From: Syntrophaceae bacterium
GTDB taxonomy: Bacteria > Desulfobacterota > Syntrophia > Syntrophales > UBA5619
NCBI GenBank assembly: GCA_003141195.1
Contig: PLLC01000106.1
Coordinates: 2,745-66,744, forward strand
Length of the DNA: 64,000 nt
Direction: 5' to 3'
Part shown: piece after piece, positions 9,666 to 17,943 of the stretch
Layout: the number at the start of each line of letters is the position of its first letter
How positions within the stretch are numbered: the first letter of the stretch is position 1
Notes under the pieces: model-generated
The model's database searches: none
Seen by the model: the letters and a program-made list of their open reading frames with translations, nothing else
What the model was told of the DNA's origin: nothing
Made by a program: the position numbers and the translations under genes

Positions 9666-10538
9666 ATGATTATTGATTGCCATTATCACCTGGAGGAGAG
9701 GCTTCTCAGCCGGGAGGAGCTCCTGCAACGGATGGACGAAGCCGGTGTAGAGAAGGCGGCGCTCATGGGAGCGATGGTGGACCCTTTCCCGGAACCGGCC
9801 CGTCCGCTGATCGGACTTCTCCAGATCCTCATCACCCACCGGTCGCTTCGCGCCATTGGGCGGCTGATGATCGACAGTTTCACGAAGGAGGGCGACGTTA
9901 AACTCCCGCTCGGTGTTTTCCGGATCGAACCCGATCCCGACAACGATGCCGTCTTCGTAGCCGTACGGGGCTGCCCGCAGCGATTTGCCGGCTGGGTTTT
10001 CGTCAACCCCCGCGGGCGGCGCGACCCTGTCCGGGAAATGGAGCGGTGGCAAAACGAACCCGGTTTCGTGGGGGCGAAGGCCCATCCCTTCTGGCACCGG
10101 TATCCGCCGGAGGAGCTCGCACCCGTCGCCCGTCTCCTCTCCTCCCTCGGCAAGCCGCTCCTGATCCATGCCGGGTTTGGTTCCCACGGCGATTATGAGG
10201 CCCTTCTGCGGCAGGTCCCCGACCTCACGCTGATCCTCGCCCATGGCGCCTTTCCGCTGTTTTCCGACGCATGGCCGGCAATCCGCGAGCGGAAGAATAT
10301 CTTCGTGGACCTCTCCCAGTCGACCTACCTCGGTGACAGGACGACCCGGGAGGCGGTTGCCTTCCTCGGCCCGGAACGCTGCCTTTTCGGCACGGACGGC
10401 CCCTTCGGTTTCCCGGCCGCCGACGGCAAGTTCGATTACGGCTTCCTCAAGCGGCGGATCGAGCGTCTCTTCCCGGATCCGGGCATGCGGCGGCGGCTAC
10501 TGGGCGAAAATTTCGCCGACCTCTCCGGAATCGGCTGA
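9666..10538 (+). CDS. Amidohydrolase-2 family metal-dependent hydrolase (TIM barrel)
   Basis: ORF 9636..10538 (TTG), trimmed to the ATG at 9666 with GAAAGGAG upstream. MIIDCHYHLEE..., GFVGAKAHPFWH, PLLIHAGFG, LILAHGAFP, CLFGTDGPFG metal-ligand pattern. Confidence 0.8.
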   Translation: MIIDCHYHLEERLLSREELLQRMDEAGVEKAALMGAMVDPFPEPARPLIGLLQILITHRSLRAIGRLMIDSFTKEGDVKLPLGVFRIEPDPDNDAVFVAVRGCPQRFAGWVFVNPRGRRDPVREMERWQNEPGFVGAKAHPFWHRYPPEELAPVARLLSSLGKPLLIHAGFGSHGDYEALLRQVPDLTLILAHGAFPLFSDAWPAIRERKNIFVDLSQSTYLGDRTTREAVAFLGPERCLFGTDGPFGFPAADGKFDYGFLKRRIERLFPDPGMRRRLLGENFADLSGIG

Positions 10539-10570
10539 GGCCGCCGGTTACGTCCGCGGGGATTTTCGTT

Positions 10571-11233
10571 TCATCCGGTGCAGTCAGCGGAAATGAGGGT
10601 AGCGGGATCGAAGGCGAAGGCCGCAAATCGGCCGTCGTGGCTGAGGCTGACCTCTGCGGCGAGCAGGTCTCCGCGGAAAAGGACGCGGGGAGCGCCGAGA
10701 CCGTCGGGGTTTTTGACGACGGACAGATCGCCAACAGGACAATCGAGACGGCGCGCGATCTCCCGGAGGAGCGCCCCCCGGACGAAGGCCGAGGGATTTA
10801 CGTCGCTCCCCGTCCCTTCTCGTAGCTCCACGTGCTGACAGATCCTCTCGATATCTTCCTCCGATCCCGCCGCCAGCGCATGAACCCAGTCTGCCGTTAG
10901 GGCGATCCGGAGCACCAGTTCTCCCCCGGGGGTGATCACTTTCCCTGCGAGACGGGCGGCTGTTCCCGCCGCATTCCCCGTATCCAGAACCACACGGTAT
11001 TGCCGGGGGATCGAACAGACCGCCGGATCAGCGCGGCTGACGGCCTTGTAGGCCGCCTCCTTCGCCGCCCAGAACGCCCAGAGGAGCCCGTCGGGTCGCG
11101 CCGCCCCGGCAATGATAGCCCGTTCCTCCGCGGTGAAGACGCGGCCGCAGAAGCGGCTGTCCCCGCTCTTGTCGAGGTTGCCGGGCGCCGCGAGATCGAC
11201 GACGTCGTTACCCACGGGAGGCAAAGCAGGCAT
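10571..11233 (-). CDS. 4'-phosphopantetheinyl transferase
   Basis: ORF 10571..11287, trimmed to the ATG at 11233 (GGAGG upstream). Motifs VGNDVVDL, FTAEERA, WAAKEAAYKA, SLSHDGRFAAFAF. Confidence 0.8.
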   Translation of the reverse strand: MPALPPVGNDVVDLAAPGNLDKSGDSRFCGRVFTAEERAIIAGAARPDGLLWAFWAAKEAAYKAVSRADPAVCSIPRQYRVVLDTGNAAGTAARLAGKVITPGGELVLRIALTADWVHALAAGSEEDIERICQHVELREGTGSDVNPSAFVRGALLREIARRLDCPVGDLSVVKNPDGLGAPRVLFRGDLLAAEVSLSHDGRFAAFAFDPATLISADCTG

Positions 11234-11948
11234 CCTCCAATGCAGCGAGCCGTTCCACGATCCGCCGCGCATATTCCCGCTGGACACGGAGTCCCCCGCC
11301 GTTCGCCCTTCCCGGATCGAAGACCTCCGCGGTTATCGTGAACCGTTCCCCGAACCGGGGCATCGTCCCGTAGGTCTCCTGCCCGTCGCCCCGGAGATAG
11401 ACGAGCATCACCCGGCAACGGTTGCATTTGTCGATGAAGCGGCCGACGCCGTAGGAGAAGTTCTCCCGGTTTACCCGCCCCGAATGCGACCTCCCCCCTT
11501 CCGAAAAAATCATCAGCCCCTGCCCCCAATCCAGAACCCGGCAGCACTTTTCGAGGAGCCGATGGAGCCCTTCGCGGCTTCCGCCCCGGTCGACTGGCAG
11601 GCACTTCAGCAAATAGCACAGGAGGGCGATGAAGGGGTTCTGCTGAAAATTCTTCCGTTCCGGCAGGTTCCAGGGAACCCGCCGGAAATGGAGGATATGA
11701 TCCGCCAGGGAAGCCATCCCATAGCTGATCACGAACGAATCGATCAGGGTCAAGTGGTTCGGGCAGACAAGCCAAGGCCCCTCGTGCTCCCGGTACATGC
11801 GCTTGACTTCGTTCCGGATCCGCTTCAGGTCGCGGATGCGATAGCCCATCAGGCGGACGAAGAGGAAGCAGAGCGGTGCCGTCGCGAGGACGGCGATTCG
11901 CCCCAGAACGTACTGCAACCCGAGAAGAAAACGCTCCCGCTTTTCCAT
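11208..11948 (-). CDS. PlsC/LPLAT-family acyltransferase (1-acyl-sn-glycerol-3-phosphate acyltransferase-like)
   Basis: ORF 11208..12056, trimmed to the ATG at 11948 (MEKRERFLLG...). HX4D motif CPNHLTLIDS, then LMIFSEGGRSHSG. N-terminal hydrophobic segment. 26-nt overlap with the PPTase start. Confidence 0.8.
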   Translation of the reverse strand: MEKRERFLLGLQYVLGRIAVLATAPLCFLFVRLMGYRIRDLKRIRNEVKRMYREHEGPWLVCPNHLTLIDSFVISYGMASLADHILHFRRVPWNLPERKNFQQNPFIALLCYLLKCLPVDRGGSREGLHRLLEKCCRVLDWGQGLMIFSEGGRSHSGRVNRENFSYGVGRFIDKCNRCRVMLVYLRGDGQETYGTMPRFGERFTITAEVFDPGRANGGGLRVQREYARRIVERLAALEDACFASRG

Positions 11949-11956
11949 GACCGGCT

Positions 11957-12205
11957 TTACGCCGCCTTCTGCTGGATCAGAAGTACCGCGTCCCCGATCG
12001 TCGCGATCCGATCGGCCTCGTCGTCGTCGATCATGGTCCCGAACACGTCCTCGCACTTGATGATGATGTCCACGAGCCTCGCCGAATTGACCCGCAGGTC
12101 CTTGAGGATGTGGGTTTTGGGCGTCGCCTTCTCCAGAAGGGCCGAATCCTTCACGTACCCCCGCAGGATGTCGATGATCTTCTTCGTAATCTGTTCTTCA
12201 CTCAT
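11957..12205 (-). CDS. Acyl carrier protein (dedicated, divergent)
   Basis: 82 aa. Phosphopantetheine-attachment region KDLRVNSARLVDIIIKCEDVFG (Ser in the helix-2 DSL-equivalent position). Acidic small protein between the KS and the acyltransferase. Confidence 0.8.
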   Translation of the reverse strand: MSEEQITKKIIDILRGYVKDSALLEKATPKTHILKDLRVNSARLVDIIIKCEDVFGTMIDDDEADRIATIGDAVLLIQQKAA

Positions 12206-12245
12206 GATCTTTCCTCTCTCTTTCTGTTTGTTGAAAAAGTCCCAT

Positions 12246-13523
12246 TCATGGTTCCCATTTTCTGAAAATAAGACAGCTGTTCACATCGCCGAAGCCGAAG
12301 CCGGCCTTGGCCACGACCTTGAGATCCGGACAGGCTACGGCGGAATGAGGGATCCTCCGTTCGTAGGGGGCGATCTCCGGATGGAGATCCCCGCAGTTCA
12401 GCGACGGATGTACAAATCCGTCCCGGAGCTGCAGGACGACGGCCACGCATTCGATTGCGCCGGCCGCCCCCAGGCAGTGTCCGATCATCGACTTGGTCGA
12501 GTTGATCCAGGGAAAATCTTCCGGACCCCGCTCCAGGGCGGCCGACCAGTTCTTCACCTCTATCGGATCGGCGTAGGTTGCCGTCAGGTGGCCGTTGATG
12601 GCGTCGATCTCGCGAGGCGAAATCCCCGCGTCGGCCACGGCCCCGCGGATGCACCGCTTCACCCCCTCCGGGTTCGGCGCGGTGATGGTGCCCCCCATCC
12701 GGTGGCCGCCGCAGTTCACCATCCCGCCCAGCACCTCGGCGTAGATCCGCGCTCCCCGCGACCGGACCGATCCCAATTCCTCCAGGAGAAGGAACGCCCC
12801 GCCCGCACCGGGGACAAAACCGGCGGCGGTCGCGCTCATCGGCCGGGAGGCCTCTTCCGGCCGGTCGTTGAACTTCCGGCAGATCACTCGCATCGCATCA
12901 AAACCGGCCCAGATGTAAGGCGAGGCCCCCTCCGAGCCGCCCGCCAGCATCCGGGTGGCCAGTCCGAGCCGGATGCGCGCCACCGCTTCAATGACTGCCT
13001 CGTTTCCGGTGCTGCACGCCGAGGAATTCGAAGTCACCTGGTTTCCCAGGGCCAGCAGTCCCGCGACCCGCGCGCTCGTCCCGCTGTTCATCACCTGCTC
13101 GACGATCCTGCTCCCCATACGCCGGACCTTCCCTTCGTTCACCATCGGAACCACTGTCCGGGCGATCGTGTCCATCCCGCCGATCCCTGAGCCGGCGATT
13201 ACCCCGGTCTCCCAATCCACGCGGTCGTCTTCGGCCTCGGGGACGGCGAAACCCGCATCGGTCCAGGCATCCACGGCCGCCACGGAGGCATAGCCGATGT
13301 TGTCGTTGAGCGACAGGAGCTTCTCATGATCGAAATAGCGCTGCCGTATCGCATCGAATCCCTCCGGAACGCCCCCGACCTGGCAGCCGAAGTTCAACGC
13401 CGCCAATTCCGGAATATGACGGATACCCGAACGCCCTTCCCGCAGGGCCTGTGCGAATACATCCAGTCCGTGGCCGTTCGGTGCGACCACCCCCATCCCC
13501 GTAACGACGACCCTGCGTTTCAT
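12246..13523 (-). CDS. Beta-ketoacyl-ACP synthase (FabF/KAS II-like)
   Basis: 425 aa. VVVTGMGVVAPNG, active-site Cys SSACSTGNEA, His motifs NGHLTATYADP and TKSMIGHCLGAAGAIE. Confidence 0.9.
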   Translation of the reverse strand: MKRRVVVTGMGVVAPNGHGLDVFAQALREGRSGIRHIPELAALNFGCQVGGVPEGFDAIRQRYFDHEKLLSLNDNIGYASVAAVDAWTDAGFAVPEAEDDRVDWETGVIAGSGIGGMDTIARTVVPMVNEGKVRRMGSRIVEQVMNSGTSARVAGLLALGNQVTSNSSACSTGNEAVIEAVARIRLGLATRMLAGGSEGASPYIWAGFDAMRVICRKFNDRPEEASRPMSATAAGFVPGAGGAFLLLEELGSVRSRGARIYAEVLGGMVNCGGHRMGGTITAPNPEGVKRCIRGAVADAGISPREIDAINGHLTATYADPIEVKNWSAALERGPEDFPWINSTKSMIGHCLGAAGAIECVAVVLQLRDGFVHPSLNCGDLHPEIAPYERRIPHSAVACPDLKVVAKAGFGFGDVNSCLIFRKWEP

Positions 13524-14062
13524 AATCTTGTCTCCTCTTTGACCCGCCCCGCGAGGATCGGCGCGGGACCCCGTTCCTTCTGTTCCATAAACTTTTCCAA
13601 CGGGACCCCTTTCCCCGCAAGGATGCCGGAACAGACCTCCTCGCCGTCCGGCCGCGTCATGATGCAGTTGACCTTGAGCTGATTTCCGCGGAAATAAACC
13701 TTCCGTCCCGTAACCCGGACGAACTCGCCGGGGCAGACCACGCCGCTGAACTCCACCTTTTCCATGAGCGTAAACAACGTGACGGGATCCTCGATCTTCT
13801 TCTCCCCCTCCCTTCGGAGCAGGTTCAGGTAGAGGCCGAAGGCCACGACGCCCGTCTGGGCCATCGTCTCGATCAGAATGACCCCCGGCGTGATGGGAAG
13901 GCCCGGAAAATGGCCCGGGTAGAAATATTCATCGCTGCGGAAGCGGTAGACGCCGACGACGTGTTCCTCGTCCAGTTCCAGGATCTCCTCGATGAACCGG
14001 AAAGGGTGCCGCTGGGGTACCATCTCCAGAATCCGCCCCCGCAGGATGCGATCAGCCTCCAT
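13520..14062 (-). CDS. FabZ-like 3-hydroxyacyl-ACP dehydratase (hotdog fold)
   Basis: ORF 13520..14074. I prefer the ATG at 14062 (GGAGG 5 nt upstream). PQRHPFRFIEEI...YFYPGHFPGLPITPGVILIETMAQ. The stop overlaps the KS start (ATGA). Confidence 0.85.
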   Translation of the reverse strand: MEADRILRGRILEMVPQRHPFRFIEEILELDEEHVVGVYRFRSDEYFYPGHFPGLPITPGVILIETMAQTGVVAFGLYLNLLRREGEKKIEDPVTLFTLMEKVEFSGVVCPGEFVRVTGRKVYFRGNQLKVNCIMTRPDGEEVCSGILAGKGVPLEKFMEQKERGPAPILAGRVKEETRL

Positions 14063-14780
14063 ACAGTCCTCCATTCACATGAATCACCGTTCCGGTAATG
14101 TACGAGCCCGCCGTGGCCAGAAAACCGACCATCTGCGCAACCTCCTCGGGCCGCCCCATCCGGCCGAGGGGAATCCGGTCGAGGATGCCCGCCCGGACCC
14201 CTTCGGGCAGGCGGGAGGTCATCTCCGTTGCGATGAACCCGGGGGCGACCGAATTGACCAGGATGTTCCGACCCCGGAGCTCGGCAGCCAGCGATTTCGT
14301 CAGCGCGTCCATCGCTGCCTTTTCCATTGCGTAGGGAATCTGGCCGGCGTTCCCCGTATGGCCGACGACGCTCGAAATGTTGATGATCCGGCCGCTATCC
14401 GCGCGGAGCATGTATTGCCTGAGGACGCGCTTCGTCAGGTACCAGGTGCCCCGCAGCAGGGTGCGCTGCATGTCGAACTGTTCGATCCGCATCCGCTGCA
14501 TGTCGGCGTCGATTGCGACCCCGGCGTTGTTCACGAGGACGTCGAGGCGATCCGTCTGCGCCTTCAGCCGTTCCATCAAGGCATCCACCTGATCGATTGT
14601 GGCCAGGTCCGCCGGAAGGAGGAATCCGTCGCCGATCTCCGCAAGCAGGGAAACCGCGGCCGCCGCGCTCGTCCGGTAGTGGATCCCTACGCGAAAACCC
14701 TTCGCCGCCAGCTCCCGCACGCAGGCCGCCCCGATCCCCGTTGCGCCTCCCGTCACCAAAGCCACCTTCTTTTCACTCAT
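14052..14780 (-). CDS. 3-oxoacyl-ACP reductase (FabG-like SDR)
   Basis: ORF 14052..15404, trimmed to the ATG at 14780 (MSEKKVALVTGGATGIGAA...). NNAG, catalytic S...YxxxK (ISSVVGHTGNAGQIPYAMEKAA), PGFIATEM. Confidence 0.9.
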   Translation of the reverse strand: MSEKKVALVTGGATGIGAACVRELAAKGFRVGIHYRTSAAAAVSLLAEIGDGFLLPADLATIDQVDALMERLKAQTDRLDVLVNNAGVAIDADMQRMRIEQFDMQRTLLRGTWYLTKRVLRQYMLRADSGRIINISSVVGHTGNAGQIPYAMEKAAMDALTKSLAAELRGRNILVNSVAPGFIATEMTSRLPEGVRAGILDRIPLGRMGRPEEVAQMVGFLATAGSYITGTVIHVNGGLYGG

Positions 14781-14806
14781 TGAGCAACTCCCTTTTGCTC
14801 TCTCCC

Positions 14807-14831
14807 GGGGACAGATTTCAAATCTGTCCCC
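14807..14831. repeat. 25-nt palindromic element GGGGACAGATTTCAAATCTGTCCCC (copy 3), intra-operonic
   Basis: Identical to copy 1. Lies in the 53-nt gap between the FabA-like stop (14834) and the FabG-like start (14780). Confidence 0.9.
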
Positions 14832-14833
14832 CA

Positions 14834-15427
14834 CTATTTTCGATCCATCCGACCGCCGACGGCGTTCGCCGACCGACGGGGGTAGTCCGGATAGGCGATT
14901 CCCTGAAAGACGCCCGTCCGCGCCCCATGGATCTCGGCGATCTCCCCGCCGTCGACGGAGACCCGCCCCTCGCCGACGACGAGGCTCGCTCCCGATTCCT
15001 TGAGATGGGTAAAGCGCCGCACCTTGATCTCGTAGCGCACGAGCCGGTTGAAGGGCCGGATCTGGCCGCTGAAGACCACCTCGCTGCAACCGAGCGCCCG
15101 GCCGGAACCGAGCGCCCCCCGCCAGACGCAAAAGAAACCGAGAAGCTGCCAGATGGCGTCCACGCAGAGGCAGCCGGGCTGGACCGGATCGCCGGGCATG
15201 TGGCACTGGAAGTACCAGGCATCGAGGCGAATATCCTGCTCGGCCGTGATCCTCCCCTGACGGCCATCCCTCCGGATTTCGAGGATCCGGTCCGCCATCA
15301 AAAAAGGCGGCGCCGGCAAGCGGGCCACAAAGCCTCCCGGGGGGTCTTCCACCAGGGTCCCGTAGGCAAATGCGATGAGCTCCTCCTGTCCGAAATGGGA
15401 ACACTCCTGAAACTCTTCGTAGGTCAT
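14834..15427 (-). CDS. FabA-type 3-hydroxyacyl-ACP dehydratase (possible dehydratase/isomerase)
   Basis: ORF 14834..16141, trimmed to the ATG at 15427 (MTYEEFQE...). FabA signature LPAPPFLMADRI...DAWYFQCHMPGDPVQPGCLCVDAIWQLLGF...GRALG..EVVFSGQIRP. Confidence 0.85.
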   Translation of the reverse strand: MTYEEFQECSHFGQEELIAFAYGTLVEDPPGGFVARLPAPPFLMADRILEIRRDGRQGRITAEQDIRLDAWYFQCHMPGDPVQPGCLCVDAIWQLLGFFCVWRGALGSGRALGCSEVVFSGQIRPFNRLVRYEIKVRRFTHLKESGASLVVGEGRVSVDGGEIAEIHGARTGVFQGIAYPDYPRRSANAVGGRMDRK

Positions 15428-16434
15428 GACGCCCTCCGATTTTCTTCGACGGCGAGAAGCAGATGAACCCACGTCAGGCCGGCGCCTACGAGGCAAATGG
15501 CCACGCGGTCGCCGGGAGACAGCTCTTCCCAGTGCCGACTCAGAACCGCGGGCGCTCCGGCGCAGCCCGTATTCCCTAATTCGTCCACGTTGTACCAGTG
15601 CTGCTCCTCCGGGATCGCCGCCCGTTCGCAGACGGTCCTGAGGGCCATCAGGTTCGCCTGGTGGCCGATGAAACGGAACCGCTCGCCATTGCCATTGCCG
15701 TTGCCCGGAACGGACATGAGGCAACGGACGGACTCCGTCATCCGGCGGATGGCGAACCCCTGGACGGCATGGCCGTCCTGACGGAAATGGCCCATCGGGG
15801 GAATATTCACCTTCTCCCAGGCCGAGGCGTTCGTCCCGCAACGGGATACCACAAAGGCCGCCCGCGCCTTCACCGAGGCCGAAACGATGGCGGCGGCGCT
15901 CCCGTCGCCGAACAGAACGGCTGTGGAGCGGTCGCTGAAGTCGATAGCGCGGGTGATATTCTCCGGCTGGACGATGAGTACGTATGGGGGAAGTCGGTCC
16001 GCCGCCATCCGGCTGAGCAGATCGATCTGCATCCCGAAGCTCGTGCAGGCCGAATTCACGTCGAGACAGGGGGCGTCGATCCCCAGTTCCGCCGCCACCG
16101 TGGCCGCCTCCGCCGGCGTCGAGCAGGAGGGGGCGCAGCAACCCGAGATGACAAGGCCGATGTCGTCAGGTCTGAGGCCCGCCCGGTCGAGGGCCATCCG
16201 CGCCGCGGCCGCAGCGGTCTCGGCGTTCCGGTAGAGGCTCGCCTCATGGGCCGCACGCGGATCGTGGTTCTTCGTCCGGCGGATATAATCCAGGGAGAGG
16301 ACCGTCCGTCGCTCGCGGATCCCCACGCGTTCGAGGATCCAGGCCTCGTCGGTCCCGATCCCGAGCTCCTCCAGAAACCGGTTTGTGATGACGTTCTCCG
16401 GATGAAAATGGCCGATGCCGTGCAGGTAGAGCAT
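15424..16434 (-). CDS. 3-oxoacyl-ACP synthase III (FabH-like initiating KS)
   Basis: ORF 15424..16710, trimmed to the ATG at 16434 (MLYLHGIGHFHPEN...). Cys-His-Asn triad contexts DVNSACTSFG, FIGHQANLMAL, ELGNTGCAGAP. ATGA overlaps at both ends. Confidence 0.85.
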   Translation of the reverse strand: MLYLHGIGHFHPENVITNRFLEELGIGTDEAWILERVGIRERRTVLSLDYIRRTKNHDPRAAHEASLYRNAETAAAAARMALDRAGLRPDDIGLVISGCCAPSCSTPAEAATVAAELGIDAPCLDVNSACTSFGMQIDLLSRMAADRLPPYVLIVQPENITRAIDFSDRSTAVLFGDGSAAAIVSASVKARAAFVVSRCGTNASAWEKVNIPPMGHFRQDGHAVQGFAIRRMTESVRCLMSVPGNGNGNGERFRFIGHQANLMALRTVCERAAIPEEQHWYNVDELGNTGCAGAPAVLSRHWEELSPGDRVAICLVGAGLTWVHLLLAVEENRRAS

Positions 16435-17633
16435 CAGACCAACTCCCGGCCGATGATCATGTTCTGGACCTCGCGGACCCCTTCGTAGATGTCGATAATC
16501 TGGGCGTCCCGGATGAGCTTCGAGATCTCGTATTCCGAGATGAAGCCGTATCCGCCGTGGAGGTGCAACCCCTCCGTCGCGCAGAAGACGGCCGCCTCTG
16601 CGGCCAGATTCTTGGCGAGCGAGGCGTAAACGCCCCGATCGGGCGCCCCCTTCTGGACCAGGAAGGCCGCCTTCATCAGGGCCATCTCCGCCAGTTCGAC
16701 CCGTTTCCACATGGCAACCAAGGTCTCCCGCGCGACGGGCATGTCGCAGATCCGCTGGCCGAACTGGCGGCGCTCCCGCGTGTAGGCCAGGGTGAGGTCC
16801 AGTGCGCGCCGGGCGAGACCGACGCCGATCGCGGCCACCATGGGACGCGCGTAGTCGAGGACGTCGGTGAGGTACTGGAAGCCGAGCCGCCGGTCGCCGA
16901 TGATCTGATCGTTGCTGATCTCAACGTCCTCGAAGGTGACGGTCGCCGTATTGGAGAGGCGCTGTCCCAACTTGTCCTCCGGCTTTCCCGTCACGATCCG
17001 CCCCCCGCATGGAAGCGGGATCTCCCGGCAGGCCTGGGAGCCGGCCTCCGCCGTATCCGGTTCCACGGCCAGCGCGGGGACGACGACGCAGGCGATGAAG
17101 GGCGAAGAGGGTTTGCCGACCTTGCAAAAGACGGTAAACTGTGAGGCAAACGAGGCGTTCGTGATGAAGCATTTCGCTCCGTTGAGCAGGTATTTCCCGT
17201 CCTTTCCTTTCCGAATGGCGGTCATCATGGCGGAGTTGTCTGAACCCGCCCCCGGTTCCGTAAGGCAGAAAGAGGCCAGGAGCGGCCGCTCCACGAAGGG
17301 AACTAAGAAGGACTGTTGCTGCGCCTCCGTACCGTGCATGGCGATCACGGCATTGGCCAGATCATTGCACATGGCCGACGTGGCAATGCCGCTGTCCCCG
17401 TACGAAAGCTCCCGAATGATCAGGGCCGTCGAGATAAGGTCGAGGCTGTAACCCTTGACGGTCTCCGGGATGGAGAGGTTCAGGATGCCGAGGTCCCAGG
17501 CCTTCCGGATGATGTCAAAGGGGAAGGCGTGGCCCTTCTCCAGGGTCATGACACGGGGTGTGATCTCCCGGCCGACGAAACGGCGGACGGTTTCCAGGTA
17601 TTGTTTCTGCTCTTCGCTCAGATTGAAATCCAT
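16434..17633 (-). CDS. Acyl-CoA (or acyl-ACP) dehydrogenase family flavoprotein
   Basis: ORF 16434..18293, trimmed to the ATG at 17633 (MDFNLSEEQKQYLETVRRF...). CLTEPGAGSD, FITNA, RRQFGQ, IYEGVREVQ (catalytic Glu context). Carries an insertion ~VVPALAVEPDTAEAGSQACREIPLPCGG. Confidence 0.85.
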   Translation of the reverse strand: MDFNLSEEQKQYLETVRRFVGREITPRVMTLEKGHAFPFDIIRKAWDLGILNLSIPETVKGYSLDLISTALIIRELSYGDSGIATSAMCNDLANAVIAMHGTEAQQQSFLVPFVERPLLASFCLTEPGAGSDNSAMMTAIRKGKDGKYLLNGAKCFITNASFASQFTVFCKVGKPSSPFIACVVVPALAVEPDTAEAGSQACREIPLPCGGRIVTGKPEDKLGQRLSNTATVTFEDVEISNDQIIGDRRLGFQYLTDVLDYARPMVAAIGVGLARRALDLTLAYTRERRQFGQRICDMPVARETLVAMWKRVELAEMALMKAAFLVQKGAPDRGVYASLAKNLAAEAAVFCATEGLHLHGGYGFISEYEISKLIRDAQIIDIYEGVREVQNMIIGRELV

Positions 17634-17726
17634 GAGAAAACGCCTCGCTCCATTGCCTTTTTCTGTCCCCCGCGCGGGCCGCGGACGTAACAATCCGGTG
17701 CCGCACCGGCCGGTTGCACGGTAATG

Positions 17727-17742
17727 AGCATCAACCGTGCCA
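17727..17742 (-). promoter_or_regulatory. Sigma-54 (-24/-12) promoter candidate for the ACAD/FAS-like operon
   Basis: The reverse strand reads TGGCACGGTTGATGCT. The GG and GC doublets are separated by 10 nt as in TGGCAC-N5-TTGC. It lies 94 nt upstream of the ACAD ATG (17633). An inverted repeat TGCGTAAC-N22-GTTACGCA at 17854-17891 sits about 110-150 bp further upstream. Confidence 0.6.
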
Positions 17743-17943
17743 CAACATTGGATGGGACCGTAGATACCCCAAAAGCACAACCGGGACGGACCGTTGGCGT
17801 TGAACGACGCCGCTTTCGGGAGGGGCTTCCGCCCCGTAGATACGGCCTCCGGGTGCGTAACAACCGGTCGGAGTGCGAAGCCCGTTACGCAGCGCCGCTC
17901 ACCCTTCTTGACTTCCCGACGGGGATTACGGTATGCGTTCCCT

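Noticed and set aside
11112-13190. 692-aa plus-strand ORF overlapping the acyltransferase, ACP and KS genes
   Set aside because: It is antisense to three genes with clear catalytic motifs. Its translation is Pro/Arg/His-rich with no domain signatures, typical of a GC-rich shadow frame.
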